Shown piece after piece: positions 59,345 to 62,192 of a stretch of DNA of 62,192 nt (within the stretch, counting starts at the first letter, position 1; the number at the start of each line of letters is the position of its first letter). This DNA is from Gemmatimonadota bacterium (GTDB taxonomy: Bacteria > Gemmatimonadota > Gemmatimonadetes > Gemmatimonadales > Gemmatimonadaceae): NCBI GenBank assembly GCA_040389905.1, contig JAZJZK010000059.1, forward strand, positions 1-62,192, read 5' to 3'. Below the pieces are notes generated by a model that saw only the letters and a list, made by a program, of their open reading frames with translations, did not search any database and was not told the DNA's origin. The position numbers were made by a program, and so were the translations under genes.

Positions 59345-59363
59345 GCCTAACGCATAAGTTGAG
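59345..59363 (-). other. R' half of an attC site interrupted by the IS
   Basis: Minus: ctcaacttatgc GTTAGGC; GTTAGGC nearly complements R'' GCCTTAAC at 58800-58807. Confidence 0.65.
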
Positions 59364-59464
59364 TTGGTATGAAGCGGCTGGACCTCCGCGGTCCCGTGGT
59401 GGCAACGTACGCCCCACACACTTTACACGCGGTCGGTGCCGCACAACCAACCGGGAGGCCAGCC

Positions 59465-60491
59465 ATGGATAGCATAGGGATCGACCTGCACAAACGCGAG
59501 AGCCAACTGTGTATCCTCACGGCGGACGGTGAGCTGATCGAACGCCGCATCGTGACCAGTCGCGAGCGGTTCACGGCCGTCTTGGGCGAGCGGCCGCCGG
59601 CGCGCATTCTGCTCGAGGCTGCGACGGAGAGTGAGTGGGTCGCCCGCCATCTCGAATCGCTCGGCCATACGGTGATCGTCGTGGACCCGAGCTTTGCCGC
59701 GATGTACGCTACGCGCTCCAAGCGGGTGAAGACGGACAAGCGTGACGCGCGCACGTTGTACGAGGCGCTACAACTCGGCGCGTATCGCGCGATCCATCGC
59801 GCGTCGGATGCGCAACGCCAGGTCCGCGCGCAGCTCGCGGTACGCGATGCGTTGGTGCGGACGCGCACGACGGTACGTGGCGATCATCAAGGCGTCCGTG
59901 CGCCGCGAAGGACTGCGGATTCCCAGCGGCGACGCCGAACACACCGTGACCAGGCTCCTCGCGTTACCGTTACCCGCCCACGTGTTCGAGGCGCTCGCCC
60001 CGTTTGATCGCGCTGTGGGGGCGCTCCAAACCGAGTTGGAGGCCGCCGACGAGCGGCTCAGCGCGTTGGCCACGGCGAATACCGCGATCACGCGGTTGCG
60101 CACGATGCCGAGCATCGGCCCCGTGACGGCGCTGGCGTTTGTGGCATCGCTTGACGACGTGGAGCGCTTTCACAGCGCGCACCAGGTGCAGGAGTATCTA
60201 GGATTGGTGCCAAGTGAGTATAGCTCGGGCGACCGACGACTCCGCGGGCGGATCACGAAACGCGGCGATGCGCGGATGCGGTGGCTGTTGGTCGAGGCGG
60301 CGTGGCGCATTCTCCGCTCGCCGAATCCGGAGCTCGCCGCGCTGAAGGCGTGGGGCCAACAGATTGCAGAGCGCCGTGGCAAGCGCATCGCCACGGTCGC
60401 CGTCGCGCGACGCGTGGCGGGCATTCTCTACGCGATGTGGCGGGACGACGTTGATTACGCGGCGAGCACAGTGCGCGCGGTGGCTGCCTAA
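59465..60491 (+). pseudogene. IS110-family transposase with a +1 frameshift near 59870
   Basis: GIDLHK, LLEA, KTDKRDA (DEDD); PSIGPVTA, YLGLVP.EYSSG, ITKRGD, AVARR; removing one A joins the two frames. Confidence 0.88.
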
Positions 60492-60760
60492 CGCGCACCG
60501 ACCGCACGCACCACTCCGCCGACCGAGTATCGGGGTGACTGACCTGGGCACGCGCTGAGCGCGACGCAGCTCATGGCCGCTATCGAGACCGAAGTTTAGT
60601 TGAGCGCCGCCGTGTCCAATCCGTATACCCATCTGCGCCGGCGAGGCATTCCCTCGCTTCCACATCGAGCGCGAACAGAAGACTGAGCAGCATCTCGCGA
60701 TCTCAGGTCGGCATCACATCACCACGGCGCTCGTTCTTACGACGGGGCTTGACATCGCAC
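60492..60760 (+). ncRNA. Putative bridge/seek RNA region of the IS1111-type element
   Basis: ~270-nt non-coding stretch between transposase stop and right IR, with short matches to the target and to the IS end. Confidence 0.5.
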
Positions 60761-60958
60761 GCCGCTTCACAGAAGAAGTGCTGGCAAGCCAACAAGGGTT
60801 CGCTGCGGACGCCGACGGTCTTCTGCACCGCGGAGCCGGGAGGTGTGCGCCGCGGGACGCGCACTCGTATCCAATGGGGCACAGGCGCGTTGCTCGTGTT
60901 GCTCCCAGGTCTCAAGTCTCATATTATGAGCCACCTAATGAAGGGACATGGAGCCTCG

Positions 60959-62077
60959 ATGCGTACGCTCGCAATTACATCTCTCGTCGTCGTCCTGGCA
61001 GCGTCCGGCGGGTTCATCACCTCGGCTGCGGCGCAGGCGTACACCATCCGAGACCTTGGAACGATTGGCCCGGGCATCACCTCAGGTCAGGCGATCAACA
61101 GCGCTGGACAGGTCGCTGGTGTGTTCTTCCCCCCAGCGCCCACGGTAAACGCATTCGGCTTTCTCTTTAATGGCACCGCAACAACCCTGCTCGGGATTCC
61201 TGCTGGCGGATACACCATCAGCGACGCCTATGCCATCAACAACGCGGGGCAAACCGCCGGATACGTCGTTTCGCCGGTTTTGCCGATTGAACGCCAGGGG
61301 TTCTTGAACAGCGGCGGTGCTTGGACCTTGCTCGGCACACTCGGTGGACGAGCCTCGACCGCGACGGGCATCAACGACCTCGCGCAAGTCGTCGGCGGCT
61401 CCTACACGGCAGGAGACGCTGCTTTCCATCCGTTTCTGTACGGTGCGGGCGGAATGTTGGATCTTGGTAGTCTGGGAGGCTTCGAGAGTGCCGCGTCTGA
61501 CATCAACAACCTGGGGCAGGTGGTCGGATACAGCCAACTCGTAGGCGATGCTGTGTTTCACGCATTCCTCAACGAGAGCGGCATCATGACCGACCTCGGG
61601 ACACTCGGAGGCGGCAACAGCCGCGCAACTAGCATCACCGACTCGGGGCTGATCACGGGCTTTAGCGACGTCATCGGGGGCGCCGCAACGCACGCCTTCG
61701 TCTACGGCGGCGGAACTATGCAGGACATTGGATCTCTTGGTGGCAACTTTTCTTCAGGTTTCGGCATCAACAGCAGCGGCCAGGTAGCCGGCTGGAGCAA
61801 TCTCGCCGGCAACACAGTCTTTCACGGCTTCCTCTACAGCGGGGGCGTCATGACGGATCTGAATGACTTGCTCCCTGACGATTCCGAGTGGGAGCTCGAG
61901 GTTGCGTACGGGATCAACGACGCTGGCCAGATGACGGGCTCCGGCCTCATCGGCGGGGAGCGACACGCGTTCCTGCTCACGTCGGAAGCTGTCCCGGAGC
62001 CCGGGACGTTTGGGTTGATCGGACTTGGCCTCGGCTTTCTCGCACTCGGCTGGCGCCGCAGGCCGTCTGCGACGTGA
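60959..62077 (+). CDS. HAF-repeat extracellular protein with PEP-CTERM sorting signal
   Basis: Signal peptide; repeated DLGTLGG..S.A..IN..GQVVG and HAF; VPEPGT-TM-RRR C-terminus. Confidence 0.92.
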   Translation: MRTLAITSLVVVLAASGGFITSAAAQAYTIRDLGTIGPGITSGQAINSAGQVAGVFFPPAPTVNAFGFLFNGTATTLLGIPAGGYTISDAYAINNAGQTAGYVVSPVLPIERQGFLNSGGAWTLLGTLGGRASTATGINDLAQVVGGSYTAGDAAFHPFLYGAGGMLDLGSLGGFESAASDINNLGQVVGYSQLVGDAVFHAFLNESGIMTDLGTLGGGNSRATSITDSGLITGFSDVIGGAATHAFVYGGGTMQDIGSLGGNFSSGFGINSSGQVAGWSNLAGNTVFHGFLYSGGVMTDLNDLLPDDSEWELEVAYGINDAGQMTGSGLIGGERHAFLLTSEAVPEPGTFGLIGLGLGFLALGWRRRPSAT

Positions 62078-62192
62078 CGGGCACGGTGGCGCGGAGGTGG
62101 CACGGTTGCCGATCAGTGAACTCTGAGGTGCTTTCGGTCTCCTAAGAAACTACTGCCTCGATGACCTCGCCGGACGCGAGATCGACGAGACC

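Larger units (their letters stand above)
59362..60775 (+). mobile_element. IS110-family (IS1111-type) insertion sequence
   Basis: Subterminal inverted repeats TATGAAGCGGC (59368-59378) / GCCGCTTCACA (60761-60771); long 3' non-coding region; ends uncertain by a few nt. Confidence 0.88.

Noticed and set aside
60749..60775. TTGACA near the IS right end as the -35 of a circle-junction promoter
   Set aside because: Plausible for IS1111 elements, but no good -10 at 16-18 nt spacing in the reconstructed junction.
60786..60830. AGCCAACAAGGGTTCGCTGCGGAC as a plus-strand attC start
   Set aside because: No complementary right arm or GTT box follows.

Overview
GC-rich bacterial chromosomal window. The gene content (SusC/SusD pair, duplicated-orphan-type ABC permease, PEP-CTERM protein, tricorn protease) suggests Gemmatimonadota or a similar soil lineage; this is inference. 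1-36 kb is mostly core metabolism and signalling: a YVTN beta-propeller lipoprotein, two PAS histidine kinases, deoC plus a two-domain aldehyde dehydrogenase, a 13-kb pectin/hexuronate operon (uxaC-uxaA-uxaB-eda-eda-kdgK-exuT-PL10-GH28-kduD-kduI) with a clear sigma70 promoter and a XylR/ROK-like operator, ppc, a ROK regulator, DUF1080 and susCD. Several families of intergenic palindromic repeats are scattered through it. 36-51 kb holds accessory enzymes and gene remnants. The main discovery is at 51.9-60.8 kb: an integron-type gene-cassette array with no integron integrase in the window (CALIN-like). It has at least five attC hairpins with extrahelical bases and carries HicAB, a RelE/ParE toxin-antitoxin pair, a HEPN-motif protein, DUF2971, a methyltransferase, an FAD oxidoreductase and a zinc-ribbon protein. 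One attC is interrupted by an IS1111/IS110 element whose 3' non-coding region contains short matches to the attC target. Another abuts a decayed tyrosine-recombinase element. The distal end of the array is joined into the middle of an ABC permease gene whose 3' end is flipped between 15-bp inverted repeats. No rRNA, tRNA or CRISPR array was seen. All family assignments are by motif recognition; no database search was run.
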